Positions 30,040 through 43,051 of a DNA stretch of 64,000 nucleotides are shown here, in pieces. The DNA comes from an uncultured Planctomycetota bacterium (lineage in GTDB: Bacteria > Planctomycetota > Planctomycetia > Isosphaerales > Isosphaeraceae): contig CAWGMQ010000003.1 of NCBI GenBank assembly GCA_963823665.1, positions 1,440,001 to 1,504,000 of the forward strand, in the 5' to 3' direction. The translations under genes and the position numbers were made by a program. A model generated the notes under the pieces. It was given only the letters and a program-made list of their open reading frames with translations, was not told the origin of the DNA and searched no databases. The first letter of the stretch is position 1. Every line of letters begins with the position of its first letter.

Positions 30040-33000
30040 ATGCATCTGGTCGGAATTCCGGTGTTCCTGGCGGGCCTCGGACTTGCTGTGTTCGATGGGG
30101 GTACGACGCTCAAGGATCAGCTCGCTCGCGAAGGTGCGGCCGTGCTGGCCAAGGCGGCCATGTCCAGTGGCGACGCGCGCCGTGGTGCGATCGCGTTTTA
30201 TCAGCCCCAACTCATGTGCGTGACGTGTCATCGCGAGGGAGAGACCGGTGAAGGGCTGGGCCCGGACCTTGCGGCGGTGGGCAAGACCGCAGCGGGTGTG
30301 CTTGTTGTCGAAGCCATTCTGGAGCCCTCGAAGACGATTCGCAAAGGGTATGAGACTGTGACCGTGGTGACGAAGGATGGAAAGACGCTCTCCGGGCGGC
30401 TGCTGGAAGAGCGTCCGGAGGCGATCGTGCTGCGCGAGTCTGCGTCGCAAGGCAAGTCGATCACGATCGCGCGGGCGGATATTGACGAGCGGCGCGACAA
30501 GGGCCCATCGCTCATGCCCGAGGGTCTGGTGAATCAGCTTGGCTCGCGGCAGCAATTCCTCGACCTCGTGCGCTATTTGATGGAGATCGCCGATCGCGGG
30601 CCGGCACGCGCGCTGGAATTGCGGCCCGCTTCCGGGACGATCGGCATTGCACCATTGCCCGGCTATGAGGCTGATCTGGACCATGCCGGGATCATCGCCG
30701 ATCTGGGTGCCCGTAGCTTCGGGCGCGGCCGTCGAATTTACGAGCGCGTCTGCGCGAACTGTCACGGCACCAAGGATCGCCCCGGCTCGTTGCCCTCGTC
30801 ACTCCGTTTCGCGTCGGGTGTGTTCAAGAATGGGTCTGATCCGTATCGGATGTATCAGACGCTGACGCTGGGCTTGGGCCAGATGGCGCCGCAGACCTGG
30901 ATGGTGCCAATGCAGAAGTATGATGTGATCCACTACATCCGCGAAGAGTACTTGAAAGCCACGAATTCCACACAATATTCGCGGATTGATCGTGGCTATC
31001 TGGACCGATTGCCGAAGGGAAGAACGCGAGGCCCGGCGCCGGCGGCCATGGATCCGTGGATCGCAATGGATTACGGTCCGAGCTTGATGGCGACGGTGGA
31101 AGCCGGTGACGACGGCACAAACATCGCGTACAAGGGAATCGCGGTGCGGCTCGATCCTGGGCCGGGCGGGGTCTCGCGCGGGCGGGCCTGGTCGCTTTTC
31201 GAGCATGACACACTGCGGCTCGCGGCTACGTGGACGGGCGAGGGTTTCATCGATTGGGAAGGCATCAACTTCAACGGGAAGCACCAGGTGCACCCACGAG
31301 TTGTGGGGCTGGTCCGGGTTGCGAATCCGTCCGGCCCCGGCTGGGGGAACCCGGAGACCGGCGGCTTCGATGACCCTCGACCCAGGGGCCGGGACGGCCG
31401 CCCATTTGGCCCGCTGCCGCGGCGCTGGGGACACTACAGAGGCTTGTATCAAAGTGGCGGGAAGACGATTCTGTCCTACACGGTCGGCACGACGGCGGTG
31501 CTCGAGACCCCGGGTCTGGAGGACTTCGGACCGACGCCGGTCTTCACTCGGTCGTTCGAGATCGGGCCTCGCGAGCGTGATCTGGTGTTGCAGGTCGCGC
31601 ATCTGCCGGGTGCGCCGGCCTCCTTGCGCATCGTGAAGACGGACGCTTCGGGCGAGGCCGTTTTATTCGGCGCCTTACTGGCGCCGGCCCGGGTGCAGCA
31701 CCGACAGTGGCCATCAACTCAGTGCACACCGGCAATGACGCGAAGTCATCCGGGAGCGGGGGTGTCCGGGCGATCCAGCGCCAGTACGCGACATCCGGGG
31801 CCGCGGAAATCGTCGCTGCCGGCCTGTCGAGTGCAGCGGTCGGATTCACGTGGAACACTGCGGAGCACGGGAATCTCCGGCTGACTGTTCCCAAGGGTCC
31901 AGAGGCCATCCGTTTCACGCTCTGGATCTGCGGGGCCTCGACGGAGGCGGAAGCGCTCGCAGCAGCCAACTCGATCAGACGCGGGGAACCAGCCCCGGTG
32001 CTTTCCACACTCACCCACGGCGGTGCTTCCTTGTGGGGAACGGTTCTCTCCACGCAAGCAGAAGTCGGCCGTGATGACGGCCCGTTCGCGGTTGACGTGC
32101 TGACCCAGCCCGACCGTAATCCCTGGCTATGCCAGATGCGCTCGACCGGCCTCGACTTCCTACCGAGTGGCAACAAGGCTGTGCTCTGCACGTGGGACGG
32201 CGACGTGTGGGAGGTTCAAGGAATCGACGACCGGTCCGGGAAACTGTCCTGGAGGCGGATTGCGTCGGGGCTGTTCCAACCGCTTGGGATCAAGGTGGTG
32301 CGGGGCCAGATCCACGTCTTATGCCGCGATCAGATTGTGATTCTGCACGACTATAACGGCGACGGTGAAACCGACTTTTATGAAAACTTCAACAGCGATC
32401 ATCAAGTCACCGAGCACTTCCATGAATTTGCAATGGGCTTGCAGACCGATGCGGCAGGGAACTTCTATTACGCCAAAGCGGCCCGCCACGGTCTACAGGC
32501 CGTGGTTCCGCACCATGGTACGCTGCTTCGAGTCAGTCGCGACGGGGGCCGGACCGACATCCTCGCGACCGGCTTTCGCGCGCCGAACGGCGTGTGCGTG
32601 AACCCGGACGGTACATTCTTTGTGACGGATCAGGAAGGCTTCTGGCTACCCAAGAACCGGATCAACTGGGTGAAACCGGGAAGCTTCCACGGCAATATGT
32701 GGGGATATCATGGCGTGACTGACTCGTCTGATTCGGCGATGGAGCCGCCAGTATGCTGGATCACCAACAGTTTCGACCGCTCGCCGGGAGAGGTCGTCCG
32801 GGTCGAGGGGAACGGCTGGGGCCTGCTCGAGGGAAGTCTGCTCAACTTGTCTTACGGATACGGCAAGATCTTTGTTGTGTTGTGCGAACGCCTGGGCGAT
32901 AAGATGCAAGGCGGGATGGCGACTCTGCCGATTCCGCAGTTCCCAACCGGCGTCATGCGCGGGCGATTCCATCCGGGCGACCACCAGTTATACACGTGCG

Positions 33001-33449
33001 GCATGTACGCCTGGGCCGGCAATCAGACGCAGCCTGGTGGTTTCTATCGAGTGCGTTACACGGGGAAGCCGCTTGTTGTTCCAATCGACCTGACGGCGCG
33101 ACGCGACGGAATAGCGATTTCATTTACCGGTTCGCTCGATCCCTTAACGGCTGGCGACCCGAGCAACTACTCGGTTCGGGTCTGGGGGCTGAAGCGATCG
33201 GAGAACTACGGCTCGGAGCACATTGACGAGCGGTCGCTGGCGATCCGCGCGGCCAAAGTTTCCGCGGATGGGCGAACTGTGAAGCTTGTGATCGCGGACC
33301 TGGCGCCGACGTGGTGCATGGCAATCACTTATGCGATCCGGGGCGCTCAAGGGTCGGAAGTCACCGGGGAGATTCACAACACGATCCACCAGTTGCCTGC
33401 GGCGGCCGGTGCTGGGTCTGAAAAGAACGCGAGTCGGCACGCAAAATGA
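30040..33449 (+). CDS. PVC-type heme-binding / cytochrome c protein with DUF6797-like and beta-propeller regions (indel ~31690)
   Basis: CVTCH and CANCH, GPDL, SLMPEG, MDYGP..IAYKGIAVRLD, GLFQPLG, ATGFRAPNG. Confidence 0.82.
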
Positions 33450-33460
33450 TCAAGCAATCG

Positions 33461-35552
33461 TCAGGGAATATTCTCCCAACCTTCGACACCGATCTTCGGC
33501 TCGTTGCAAGTGCCGTTCTCGCAAATGTAGGTTGTCGTCTGCCCTTCGCGGAGCGGTCGATTCGCGAGCAAGGCGACTTTGCCCGCGAGGAGCGCGGATT
33601 GTCCCGGCGTTGCCGGGGCGACGACCTTGCGCGGGCGGAATTTGCTGGAAATCGTGTCGAGGACCTTGCGCGTTACCGCGGAGTCAGACCCTGCGATCAC
33701 GGCAAATTCGGTCACTGTGCCCAGCAGGAAATCGAGCGCGATCAGGCTCTGTCCACAGGCGGCGGGCTCGCGCTCGAGGACGGATTGAATGGCCTCGAGC
33801 GCTTCTTTGCCGGCCCGGGTGAGGTCGGCTCGACCGGTCAAGGCGCCCAGGCGCAGGAGCGCGGTCGCGGCCAGGCCGCTGCCGGAGGGAGTTGCGTTGT
33901 CGTGGATCTCTTTCTGGCGTGCGATCGAGCGCCTCGTGGCGACGGCCGGTGAAGAAGAAGCCCCCCTGCTCCGTATCGCTGAATTCGTCGATCATGATTG
34001 CAGAGAGGTCCAGGGCGGATTCCAGCCAGCGCGGGTCGCCGGTCGATTCGTAGAGTCGAGTCAGACCGTCGATCAGGCTCGCGTAGTCGTCGAGATAGGC
34101 ATCGAGCTTGGCCTGACCGTCCTTGAACGTGTGCAGCAACCGACCGTCGCTCTGCCTCATCCGGTCCAGGATGAAAGCAGCGGCCCGGCCGGCGGCTTCG
34201 ATGTATCGTTCATCCGAGAGTACACGGCCTCCTTCCGCCAGCGCGGCGATCATCAAGCCATTCCAGGAGACCAGGACCTTGGTGTCCATGGCGGGCGGCA
34301 CGCGTTTCTCGCGCACGTCCAGGAGGAGAGCCCGCGAACTTGCGAGCTCGGCTACGAGCGCGCCGCATTCGCGGCCGAGCAGTTTGGCCGCCTGTTCGAC
34401 CGGCTTGGTCAAGTTGAGGATGCTATGATCCTCCCAGTTGCCTTGCTCATTGATATCGTATACATAACAGAATGTCTTGGCTCGTTCAGGGCCGAGCGCT
34501 TCGGTGACTTCAGGAAGCGACCAGACGTAGTATTTGCCTTCGACACCTTCGCTATCAGCATCCTCGGTCGAATGGAATGCGCCATGGGTGCCGGTCATCC
34601 GGCCGAGAACGTAGTTCAACGTTTCGCGGGCGACCTGACGGAACGAGGGATCACCGGTCGCCTGCAACGCTTCCAGGAAGGTCGAGCTCAACAGGGCGTT
34701 ATCGTAGAGCATTTTTTCGAAGTGCGGCACGAGCCACCTCTCGTCGGTGGAGTAGCGCGCGAAGCCGCCGCCCAGGTGATCGTAGATTCCTCCTTGTGCC
34801 ATTTTCCGGAGCGTGTGACGCACGACGTGCAACGCCTGGTCATCGCCGGTTCGAGAGTGATGCCGCAGCAGTACGCGAAGATCCATGGGATGCGGAAACT
34901 TCGGGGCCCGGCCAAAGCCCCCGTGAATGGGGTCGAAGTTTCGCATCAGGGTTCGCGCCGCCTGGTCGAGCAGCTTGAAGTCGAGCGACCCGGCGCCCTT
35001 GCTCATCGACCCGAACGCACGCAGTTGCTCGGTCATCGCGTGTGCCGATTCGACGATCTCTTCGTGCCGTTCTTCCCAGGCGCGGTGGACGCTCAGGAGC
35101 ACGCGCGCGAAGCCAGCCATGCCGCGCGAGTCGGTGGGAGGGAAGTACGTGCCACCGAAGAACGGCTTGCACTCTGGAGTCAGGAACACCGACATCGGCC
35201 AGCCGCCGTGTCCGGTCATGGCCATGACGGCCGACATGTAGATCTGATCGAGGTCGGGTCGTTCTTCGCGGTCGACCTTGATGTTGACGAAGTGCTCGTT
35301 CATCAAGGCAGCGATCTCGGGGTTCTCGAAGCTCTCGTGCTCCATCACATGGCACCAGTGACATGCTGAATAACCAATCGACAGGAATATCGGCTTGTTT
35401 TCGGATCGAGCTTTCTCGAGAGCTTCCGAAGCCCAGGGATACCAGTCGACGGGGTTGGTCGCATGCTGGAGCAGATAAGGGCTGGTTTCGCGCGCGAGGC
35501 GATTCAGTCCGGACTTCGAGGCAGACGCAGAGCTGGAGGGAGATGAATTCAC
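33461..35552 (-). CDS. thioredoxin-domain protein, YyaL/DUF255 family (indel ~33930)
   Basis: [43 protein letters not shown]. Confidence 0.92.
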
Positions 35553-35641
35553 AGATTGGCTTTCTTCGGCAAGATAGGCCGAGAATAGGTGAAGAGCAAC
35601 ATGTGTGTGTATCAGTCGGAAAACGTGGCCGGCATTGCTTA

Positions 35642-37349
35642 TCAACGGGTCGAGCCAGCTCCGGCCTTGCCGAAGAGGGCCTGGCGCATGCCAAGCTCCG
35701 GGCGTCCGGCGTTCTCGTTCCAGTAGCGGAAACCCGCCTTCCAATCCCAGATGGCCCAGCCGATTCCGGCATGCTCGGCAGCTTCACGGAATGCCTGGTA
35801 GTAGTGAGCACGCGAGGCATTATCGGCCGTGGTGAAGCAGCCGAATTCGCCGACGTGAACCGGACGTCCGTAGTATTCCGACCATTGCCGGGCTTGGTCG
35901 ATGGACCCCGCGAAAGCCCGACGGCTGCTGGGATTGCTTGCCTTCGGCTCGTTGTTATAGCTCTTCAACCAGTTGATCACTTTCGGGCTCAGTTTCAGCG
36001 ATGGATCGGGCACCAGGGGATGCAGCGGCGGCCCAGGAAAAAGGATGCCCGTCACTTTTGTGTCGGGGCCGGACCATGTGGCACCCTGGTGAGTGAAGAA
36101 AAAAGGCTCATAATTGTGCACGCTTACGATCAAGTTCTCGTCGTCGTCCGGCAGCCGCAGGTCAGGCAGCTCGCCGATGCTGTTCCAGCGGCCAGGCCCG
36201 AGGAAGATTGTTCGCGATGGGTTCGTCTTACGGATGATCTTGATCGTATGCGCGAATATGGGATTCACCACCTCCGTGGTCGCCGCATCCTTGGGCTCAT
36301 TCAAGAGCTCGAACGAGAGCCAATCGGGCGATTTGCCGTAGTGCGCCGCGAGCTGAGCCCATATTGCCTCGAACTTCGCGGTCAGGGCGTGGGGGTCGCT
36401 GGTAAAGTCATCGAAGTGGTGAATGTTGATCAAAACGCCGAGCTTCTCGCGCAAGCCGGCGTCGACGAGCTCATCAACGCGCGCAAAGAACTCGGGCTTG
36501 ATGCGGAATTCCGGTGCGGGGCCCGTGTAGTGATGCCAGGCGATGGGGATGCGGACGTGGTCGAATCCCTCGTTCTTGATCAGGCGAAGATCCGTGGCGC
36601 TATAGTGCCCGCCCCAGTCCTGGCCCGGCGGAGCTTCGAGACTATTGGCGAGGTTGGCGCCGCGGAGGAATCGCTTGGCGGCTTGGTGCGCCGGGGACGA
36701 TCGTCCTTCGATCCGCCGCATGTCGCGGAAACCGGCCGGCCTCACTGCGCGAGAAAAGGCTGATGGTGACGGGGCGCCCGCCTTCGACGTCAACCTGTGT
36801 GAAGAGAGTCTGGTTGTGCCAGCTTCGTGCATAGTGCGAACCGGCAACTGCCGGAGCATCGTTTGTTTGACGAGCGATGGTGCCACCGCCGCTCTGCCAC
36901 GGGGCCGACGGGCTACCGGTTCGCGACTCGAATCCACCGCCCGAGAGCTTGGCGCCGTCTGCTTTAACCTCGTCCCAAAGTACTTCCTCGCGGTAGATCG
37001 ATCCCCTGGCGGCTTCCTCCCACGGGCCCATCAAGGTCAACGTGACGGTGCCCGAACGACTGGGAGTGAACTCAATCGCCAGGGATCGCCAGCCGACGTG
37101 GGTCACCGCGAAGCTGATCGTGTAGCCCCGAGTCTGTTCCGCTGCGGGAACCCAGTTCATGCGCGAGATCGTTCCGTCTCCCGAGACCACGCGACCGTTT
37201 TCAAGGGATCCGGTGCCCGCGTCGCCCGTCAGGTCGAATCGCGCGGTCGCGGCCATCTTGGCGGGCAGATCCTGCGCCTGAGCCGCAGCCGTCACCATCG
37301 CGCAAACCAGCGCGACCGAGGCTTTGATTGTCGCGATTCGAGTGTCCAT
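35642..37349 (-). CDS. secreted glycoside hydrolase family 5 with N-terminal accessory domain (indel ~36750)
   Basis: Signal peptide; RGANLAN.LE, HVRIPI, FELLNEP, HNYEP, VGEFG, W. Confidence 0.88.
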
Positions 37350-37581
37350 GATTGAACTTCTTGTGAATCGAAGGTAAGCCGCTCGACGAAGGCGAACGAT
37401 GACCTCAGTTTCACAACACGCTGCCGCAGAAGCAAGAGATCAGGCCAAGCCGATGATGAAGCCAGGCATCGCTGCTATAATCAAGAGGAGGGCGATCGTG
37501 CAATTCGGGCGTTCGTCGCGGTGAGTACACGCTGCTTGAGCGAGCATCTGTCCTGCGACTCGCAGAAGGAGATCTAAAGAC

Positions 37582-38736
37582 ATGGTTCTTCGCACTTCTC
37601 GTCGGCGATTTGTCGAACGGACGGCGCAGACGCTCGGGGTTCTGGCGTTCATGGGCCGCGGGCGGGCCAGGCCTCAAACTGTGTCCGATCGGAGCAAGAC
37701 TGCAGCGGGCGCTACCTCGGCCACGGAGTTGATCGAACACGGAGTTGCTTTTCTTCGGCCACGCCAGGATGCCAAAGGTGGGTGGTCGACCCAGCGCGAG
37801 CCTGGAGTAACGGCGCTCGTCGTGACGGCGCTCTTGAGGTCGGGGCAGGTTGCACCCGGCGATACGGCCGTAACCAAAGCGTTGGCCTATCTCGAGAGAT
37901 TCATTGGGCCAAAGGGTGGATTGTCGGAGGCACCCCACGCCAACTACTCGACGTCGATCGCGCTCATCGCGTTCCAGCAAGCCAACGTGAACGGCCGGTA
38001 CGACCGCATCATCAAGGCCGGACAGAAGTTCCTGACGACCATGCAGTGGGACGAGAGCGAGGGCAAGTCGCGAGAGAACGCATTCTACGGAGGCGCGGGC
38101 TACGGCGGGTCGAACAGCCGGCCCGACCTTTCGAACACGGCGTTCTTGATCGAATCACTTCGGGATACCGGATTGCCGGCTGACGATCCCAGCTTGAAGA
38201 AAGCGTTAATCTTCGTTTCCCGCTGCCAGAACTTGAAAAGCGAATTCAACGACCAGGAATGGGCCGGCAAGGTCAACGACGGGGGGTTCATCTATACCGC
38301 CGCAAACGGCGGCGAGACCATGGCAGGCAAGGAGGGTGATGGCGGCCTGAGGTCGTATGCCAGCATGACTTATGCCGGCCTCAAAAGCATGATCTATGCC
38401 GGTCTAGGCCGCGATGATCCGCGCGTCAAGGCTGCCCTTACTTACGTCAAGCGGCATTACACGCTGGACGAGAACCCGGGTCTCGGTCAGCAGGGGCTTT
38501 ATTACTTCTACCACACCTTCGGCAAGACGATGTTCGTCCTGGGTGACCCAACGCTCATCGACTCCGCCGGCAACACTCATGACTGGCGCGCCGAGCTTGT
38601 CGCCGCCCTGGCGAAGCGGCAGCAACGCGAGGGCGGGTGGGTCAACCCTGCGGACCGTTTCATGGAAGGAGACCCTAACCTGGTGACTGCCTACGCGCTT
38701 CTGGCCTTGGCCTACACACGGGCCAAGGCGAAATGA
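37582..38736 (+). CDS. prenyltransferase/squalene-oxidase repeat protein with Tat-like signal
   Basis: SRRRF; QDAKGGW, GGAGYG..RPDLSNT, DGGFIY, Q..EGGW repeats. Confidence 0.85.
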   Translation: MVLRTSRRRFVERTAQTLGVLAFMGRGRARPQTVSDRSKTAAGATSATELIEHGVAFLRPRQDAKGGWSTQREPGVTALVVTALLRSGQVAPGDTAVTKALAYLERFIGPKGGLSEAPHANYSTSIALIAFQQANVNGRYDRIIKAGQKFLTTMQWDESEGKSRENAFYGGAGYGGSNSRPDLSNTAFLIESLRDTGLPADDPSLKKALIFVSRCQNLKSEFNDQEWAGKVNDGGFIYTAANGGETMAGKEGDGGLRSYASMTYAGLKSMIYAGLGRDDPRVKAALTYVKRHYTLDENPGLGQQGLYYFYHTFGKTMFVLGDPTLIDSAGNTHDWRAELVAALAKRQQREGGWVNPADRFMEGDPNLVTAYALLALAYTRAKAK

Positions 38737-38789
38737 AAAGCGGCAGGCGAGAGCCGCGTGTGCACCCGACACCGTAATGCGAGTGATTG

Positions 38790-39218
38790 CTAGTTACTCA
38801 ACTCGCGTTCAAGGCGAAACCTCATCTGGCCGAGTTCGTCGCCGGCGTAGTCGCTATGCGGCCATGGCCAGTTCACGGCGTCCTCGTTGAAGCGTGGAAT
38901 GAGATGCCAGTGACAGTGGTCGATTGTCTGCCCGGCCACTTCACCGTTGTTCACGACGACGTTAAGGCCATGAGCACCGGTGGCAGCAACGACTGCCCGA
39001 GCGAGTCGCGGCAAGAGCGTGCACACGCTGCCGGCGAGTGAGTCGGGAAGGTCTGCCAGCTTGGCGTAGTGCGCCTTCGGGACCAGCAGGGTGTGACCTC
39101 GATTGACCGGGTTGATGTCGAGAAATGCGACCGAGTCATCCGTCTCGATTACCCGGGCCGACGGAATCTCACCACGGACGATCTTGCAGAAGATGCAATG
39201 AGGGTCATGTGGTATCAC
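38790..39218 (-). CDS. HIT family hydrolase
   Basis: CIFCKIV.GEIP, FLDINP..GHTLLVPK, GQTIDHCHWHLIPR. Confidence 0.92.
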   Translation of the reverse strand: MIPHDPHCIFCKIVRGEIPSARVIETDDSVAFLDINPVNRGHTLLVPKAHYAKLADLPDSLAGSVCTLLPRLARAVVAATGAHGLNVVVNNGEVAGQTIDHCHWHLIPRFNEDAVNWPWPHSDYAGDELGQMRFRLERELSN

Positions 39219-39361
39219 GAGTTCGCGTTCCACCCCTTCGGTATCGAACCGAGCAGTCTGTGAGGCCGCCGTGAAGCGCCCGCACCATCGATTCACCCCG
39301 GCGAGCAAGCGGTGGTCGACACCGCACCTTCGACGCGAACATCGTGCGTGGGCGATCTGCG

Positions 39362-39769
39362 TCAGTTCGCGACGACAGCCGGTTTGGTCGGCGCCTTGAT
39401 GGCTTCGTCTGCACCTAACAGTGCGATGACCGCCATCGGAGCCGCGTCTCCTTGACGAACCTTGGCCAGCTTGTAGATGCGAGTGTATCCTCCGGATCTT
39501 TCTTTGTAACGAGGACCAATTTCGTGGAACAACATGTATGCCACGTTCTTGCTCGTCAGCACGGCAGAACACCGGCGGAAGTGATCTAGATTCCAACCGT
39601 CTTTAGCCAAAGTGATCAGCTTCTCGGCAAACGGCTGCACTTCCTTGGCCTTCGCGAGTGTCGTCCGGATCTTACCGTGTTCGATCAAGGCGGTCGCCAA
39701 GTTGCGCAGGAGCATCCGGCGATGAGAGGGTGACCGTTTGAATTTACGGCCGGCTTTCTGGTGACGCAT
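39362..39769 (-). CDS. rplQ: 50S ribosomal protein L17
   Basis: MRHQKAGRKF..HR..LLRNLA; GGYTRI. Confidence 0.97.
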   Translation of the reverse strand: MRHQKAGRKFKRSPSHRRMLLRNLATALIEHGKIRTTLAKAKEVQPFAEKLITLAKDGWNLDHFRRCSAVLTSKNVAYMLFHEIGPRYKERSGGYTRIYKLAKVRQGDAAPMAVIALLGADEAIKAPTKPAVVAN

Positions 39770-39867
39770 TGGAGACGATGGTCCGTTGTTAGTCGTGACT
39801 GGGGACGGGTGCAAGGGAGTCTTATGCGGCGCCCGTTGGACTGTGTTCGCACGGGACGCCTTCTCGC

Positions 39868-40869
39868 TCACCCGCCGACCTTCATTGGGACGTTCATTCC
39901 GAGATCCAGACCGATTTCGTGCAGTTTGGCGCGGACTTCCTTCAAGGTTGTCTCGCCGAAGTTCCGTACATTCAGAAGCTGGTCCTCACTCCGCGTCACC
40001 AGATGGCGAACGGTGGTGATCCCTTCGCTTTCCAGGCAATTGGTCGCGCGCACCGAAAGCTCGAGCTCGGCCAAGCTCATGTCGAGCTTCCGCTCGAGCT
40101 CGGCATCCACCGGCATGTGCTGTGACCCATCCCCGGAAAGGGCCTCGGACGGCAAACCTGGCCCGGGCTCGTTGTACTGCACGAACGGGTTCAAGTGTTT
40201 CCGGAGAATCTTCGCAGCCTCGACCAGCGCCATCTCGGGCCCGAGCACGCCCGTCGTCCAGATTCGGAGAATCAGCTTGTCATAGTTTGTCCTCTGGCCG
40301 ACTCGCGTGTTCTCCACGTGGTATTCGACTCGATGAACAGGGCTGAAACTCGCGTCGATCGGAATGACCCCGATCTCGACGTCATCGGTGTGGCCCTCCG
40401 CGGCGGTCCGATAGCCTCGACCGTTCTCGACAGTCATCTCCAGGTGAAATGGCACGTCTGCCGTGAGCGAGCAGAGGATATGGTCGGGATTGATGATCTC
40501 GACCGATTCGTCATGAAGAATGTCGGCGGCGGTCACCACGCCCTGGCGATCGCGGTCGATTCGAATCGTGCGCACCGATTCAGAGTGGTTCTTCACGACC
40601 AGCAGCTTGACGTTGAGCACCAGGTCGGTGATGTCGTCGACCATACCCGGAATCGACGAGAACTCGTGATGAACACCGTGAATCTTGATTTTCGTGATCG
40701 CGCTGCCTTCGAGACTCGACAGCAAGATCCGGCGCAAGCTGTTGCCGACGGTATGGCCGAAGCCACGCTCGAATGGCTCCACGTGGAACTCGCCGAATGT
40801 GTCGGTCAACGATTCGCGGTTGCAGATCACCCGGCTGGGCAGTTCGAGGCCACGCCAACGGATACGCAT
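39868..40869 (-). CDS. rpoA: RNA polymerase alpha subunit
   Basis: [37 protein letters not shown]. Confidence 0.98.
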   Translation of the reverse strand: MRIRWRGLELPSRVICNRESLTDTFGEFHVEPFERGFGHTVGNSLRRILLSSLEGSAITKIKIHGVHHEFSSIPGMVDDITDLVLNVKLLVVKNHSESVRTIRIDRDRQGVVTAADILHDESVEIINPDHILCSLTADVPFHLEMTVENGRGYRTAAEGHTDDVEIGVIPIDASFSPVHRVEYHVENTRVGQRTNYDKLILRIWTTGVLGPEMALVEAAKILRKHLNPFVQYNEPGPGLPSEALSGDGSQHMPVDAELERKLDMSLAELELSVRATNCLESEGITTVRHLVTRSEDQLLNVRNFGETTLKEVRAKLHEIGLDLGMNVPMKVGG

Positions 40870-40910
40870 CAAAGGTCTCCCCCATCCAAAACTCGCGGAT
40901 AGAGCCCGCG

Positions 40911-41540
40911 TCAGCGGCTCAACAACTCGATGATCAACTGGGGCGTCACCGGCAACCCGACATCTTGCGCGACGGGCATGCGGCTGATGCGGCCCTCGGG
41001 CGGATCGGTGCTAACCCGATCCATCCAGTCAGGGATTGGGGGCCCGCCTCCGGTGGCGACGTTTTCCTGCACGATCTTGCGGGAATGCTCCCGATTTTTC
41101 ACCTGGATCTCGTCTCCAGGGCGAACAAGGTAGCTCGGAATGTCGAGCTTCCGTCCGTTGACCATGATATGTCCGTGCGTGATGAGCTGCCGCGATTGAG
41201 GGCGGCTCACCGCAAAACCGAGCCGTGTGACCACATTGTCCAGCCGCCGCTCCAGGAGCGACATGAGCGCGTCGCCCGTATTCCCCGGCCGCCGCGTCGC
41301 TTCCTCGTAATATTTGCGGAACTGGCGTTCGAAGATTCCGTAGTAACGTTTCACTTTTTGCTTTTCGCGCAGCCGGATCGCATATTCGCTCGCCTTGCTG
41401 CGACGAAACTGATGCATGCCCGGCACGCCTTCTCGACGATCCACGGCACACTTGGGTGTATCGCACCGAGACCCTTTCAAGAACAGCTTGGCGCCTTCGC
41501 GGCGACACAATCGACAGACCGGCCCGATATTACGTCCCAT
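40911..41540 (-). CDS. rpsD: 30S ribosomal protein S4
   Basis: [23 protein letters not shown]. Confidence 0.98.
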   Translation of the reverse strand: MGRNIGPVCRLCRREGAKLFLKGSRCDTPKCAVDRREGVPGMHQFRRSKASEYAIRLREKQKVKRYYGIFERQFRKYYEEATRRPGNTGDALMSLLERRLDNVVTRLGFAVSRPQSRQLITHGHIMVNGRKLDIPSYLVRPGDEIQVKNREHSRKIVQENVATGGGPPIPDWMDRVSTDPPEGRISRMPVAQDVGLPVTPQLIIELLSR

Positions 41541-41653
41541 GGCGAATTCAGAACCCTTGAACGTGTGGAACTTTGAGGATCACTTGTAATCGATCGATCC
41601 GAACAAACCGACGTCGCCTTGCTCCATCACCGTGGCCGACCCGAAGTCGCCGG

Positions 41654-42034
41654 CTACACCCGACGCTTCTTGGGCGGACGACAGCCGTTGTGGGGCAGCG
41701 GCGTGACGTCTTCGATGGCCTTGATCAGCAATCCCGACGACTGGATCGCCGTGATCGCACTCTCCCGACCGGACCCCGGCCCCTTGACCTTGACCTCGAC
41801 CTCCTTGACGCCGTACTTCGTTGCCGCCGCCGCCGCCGTCTCCGCCGCCCGCTGCGCGGCGAACGGAGTGCTCTTGCGACTTCCCTTGAACCCAACCGTT
41901 CCCGACGAAGCCCAGCACAAGGCATCGCCGTTGGGGTCGGTAATCGTAACTGTCGTGTTGTTGAAGGTCGCCTTGATGTGCACGACCGCTCGGCTCACGT
42001 TGCGCCGCGTCTTCCGCTTCTTCGCCTTGGCCAC
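41654..42034 (-). CDS. rpsK: 30S ribosomal protein S11
   Basis: [25 protein letters not shown]. Confidence 0.98.
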   Translation of the reverse strand: MAKAKKRKTRRNVSRAVVHIKATFNNTTVTITDPNGDALCWASSGTVGFKGSRKSTPFAAQRAAETAAAAATKYGVKEVEVKVKGPGSGRESAITAIQSSGLLIKAIEDVTPLPHNGCRPPKKRRV

Positions 42035-42284
42035 TTTTCCGTTGCTCCTCGTGTCTCCGGTTCCGCTCAATTCATTTCATTGCTGTAAATCCCGCCGAGA
42101 ATTCTCGAAAAGGCCGGGCGATGTAACGGGCCGACGAAGCTTTTCAAGCCTCGCCTCGACCGAGAGAGCCCGGGCGACCCAATCGTGCCCGTCGAGGCGA
42201 AACCGCGGTGACGGCCGGCAGAAATCCGTTTTTACTCTGATGCCCCACCGCACCGACCCCGACACGCGATGGACATCAACTGTC

Positions 42285-42668
42285 TTAACGCAGTTCCTTG
42301 ACACCCTTCTTGCCCGCAACAGTTTTCCGCGGACCTTTGCGGGTTCGGGCATTTGTCCGCGTGCGCTGACCACGGACCGGCAAACCCTTGCGATGCCGAA
42401 GACCGCGATAGCAGCCAATGTCACGCAACCGTGTAATGCTCTGCTGGATCTTCCGCCGAAGCTGGCCTTCAACCGTGAAGTCGTTGTCCAGCAGCGACGC
42501 CAGCTTCGCTAGTTCATCCTCGGTCAGGTCGCGAGCCTTCTTGTCCGGGTCAACCCCGGTACGCTGGCACAAGACCCCGGCCAAGTACGGGCCAATTCCG
42601 TAAATGTACTGCAACGAGTAATAGGTGTGCTTGTCGTTGGGGATGTCGACGCCGAGAATACGAGGCAT
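42285..42668 (-). CDS. rpsM: 30S ribosomal protein S13
   Basis: [30 protein letters not shown]. Confidence 0.98.
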   Translation of the reverse strand: MPRILGVDIPNDKHTYYSLQYIYGIGPYLAGVLCQRTGVDPDKKARDLTEDELAKLASLLDNDFTVEGQLRRKIQQSITRLRDIGCYRGLRHRKGLPVRGQRTRTNARTRKGPRKTVAGKKGVKELR

Positions 42669-42740
42669 CCGTACGATCTCCGAAGGTTCATTTCCGGTTG
42701 GTTTGGGAACGGCCGGGGATGGCGAGCCGGCATCGGCCGG

Positions 42741-42854
42741 TCAGCCCTGCCGTTGCTTGTGGCGAGGGTTCGTGCAGATCACGTACACCTTTCCCGCACG
42801 GCGCACAATCTTGCAGTTCTCACAGATACGCTTCACGCTCGATCGAACTTTCAT
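42741..42854 (-). CDS. rpmJ: 50S ribosomal protein L36 (not in ORF track)
   Basis: Manual translation [37 protein letters not shown]. Confidence 0.97.
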   Translation of the reverse strand: MKVRSSVKRICENCKIVRRAGKVYVICTNPRHKQRQG

Positions 42855-42939
42855 ATCTTGTCAAACACATCGAACGGCCAGCATCGTGGCCATTTCGATC
42901 TCCAGAACGATTTCGGTGAGCCCAGGGCCGAATTTAGTA

Positions 42940-42968
42940 ACTATACGCACGCGGACGCCAATCCGCAA
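42940..42968 (-). promoter_or_regulatory. sigma70-like promoter for the rpmJ-alpha operon
   Basis: TTGCGG-17 nt-TATAGT. Confidence 0.6.
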
Positions 42969-43051
42969 GAGTGGAGGGCAAGAGATCGGGTTTCTGGTCG
43001 CATGTACACAAACTGCAGTTCGCTTTCGCGCTTCGCCTGATTCCGTGGCTG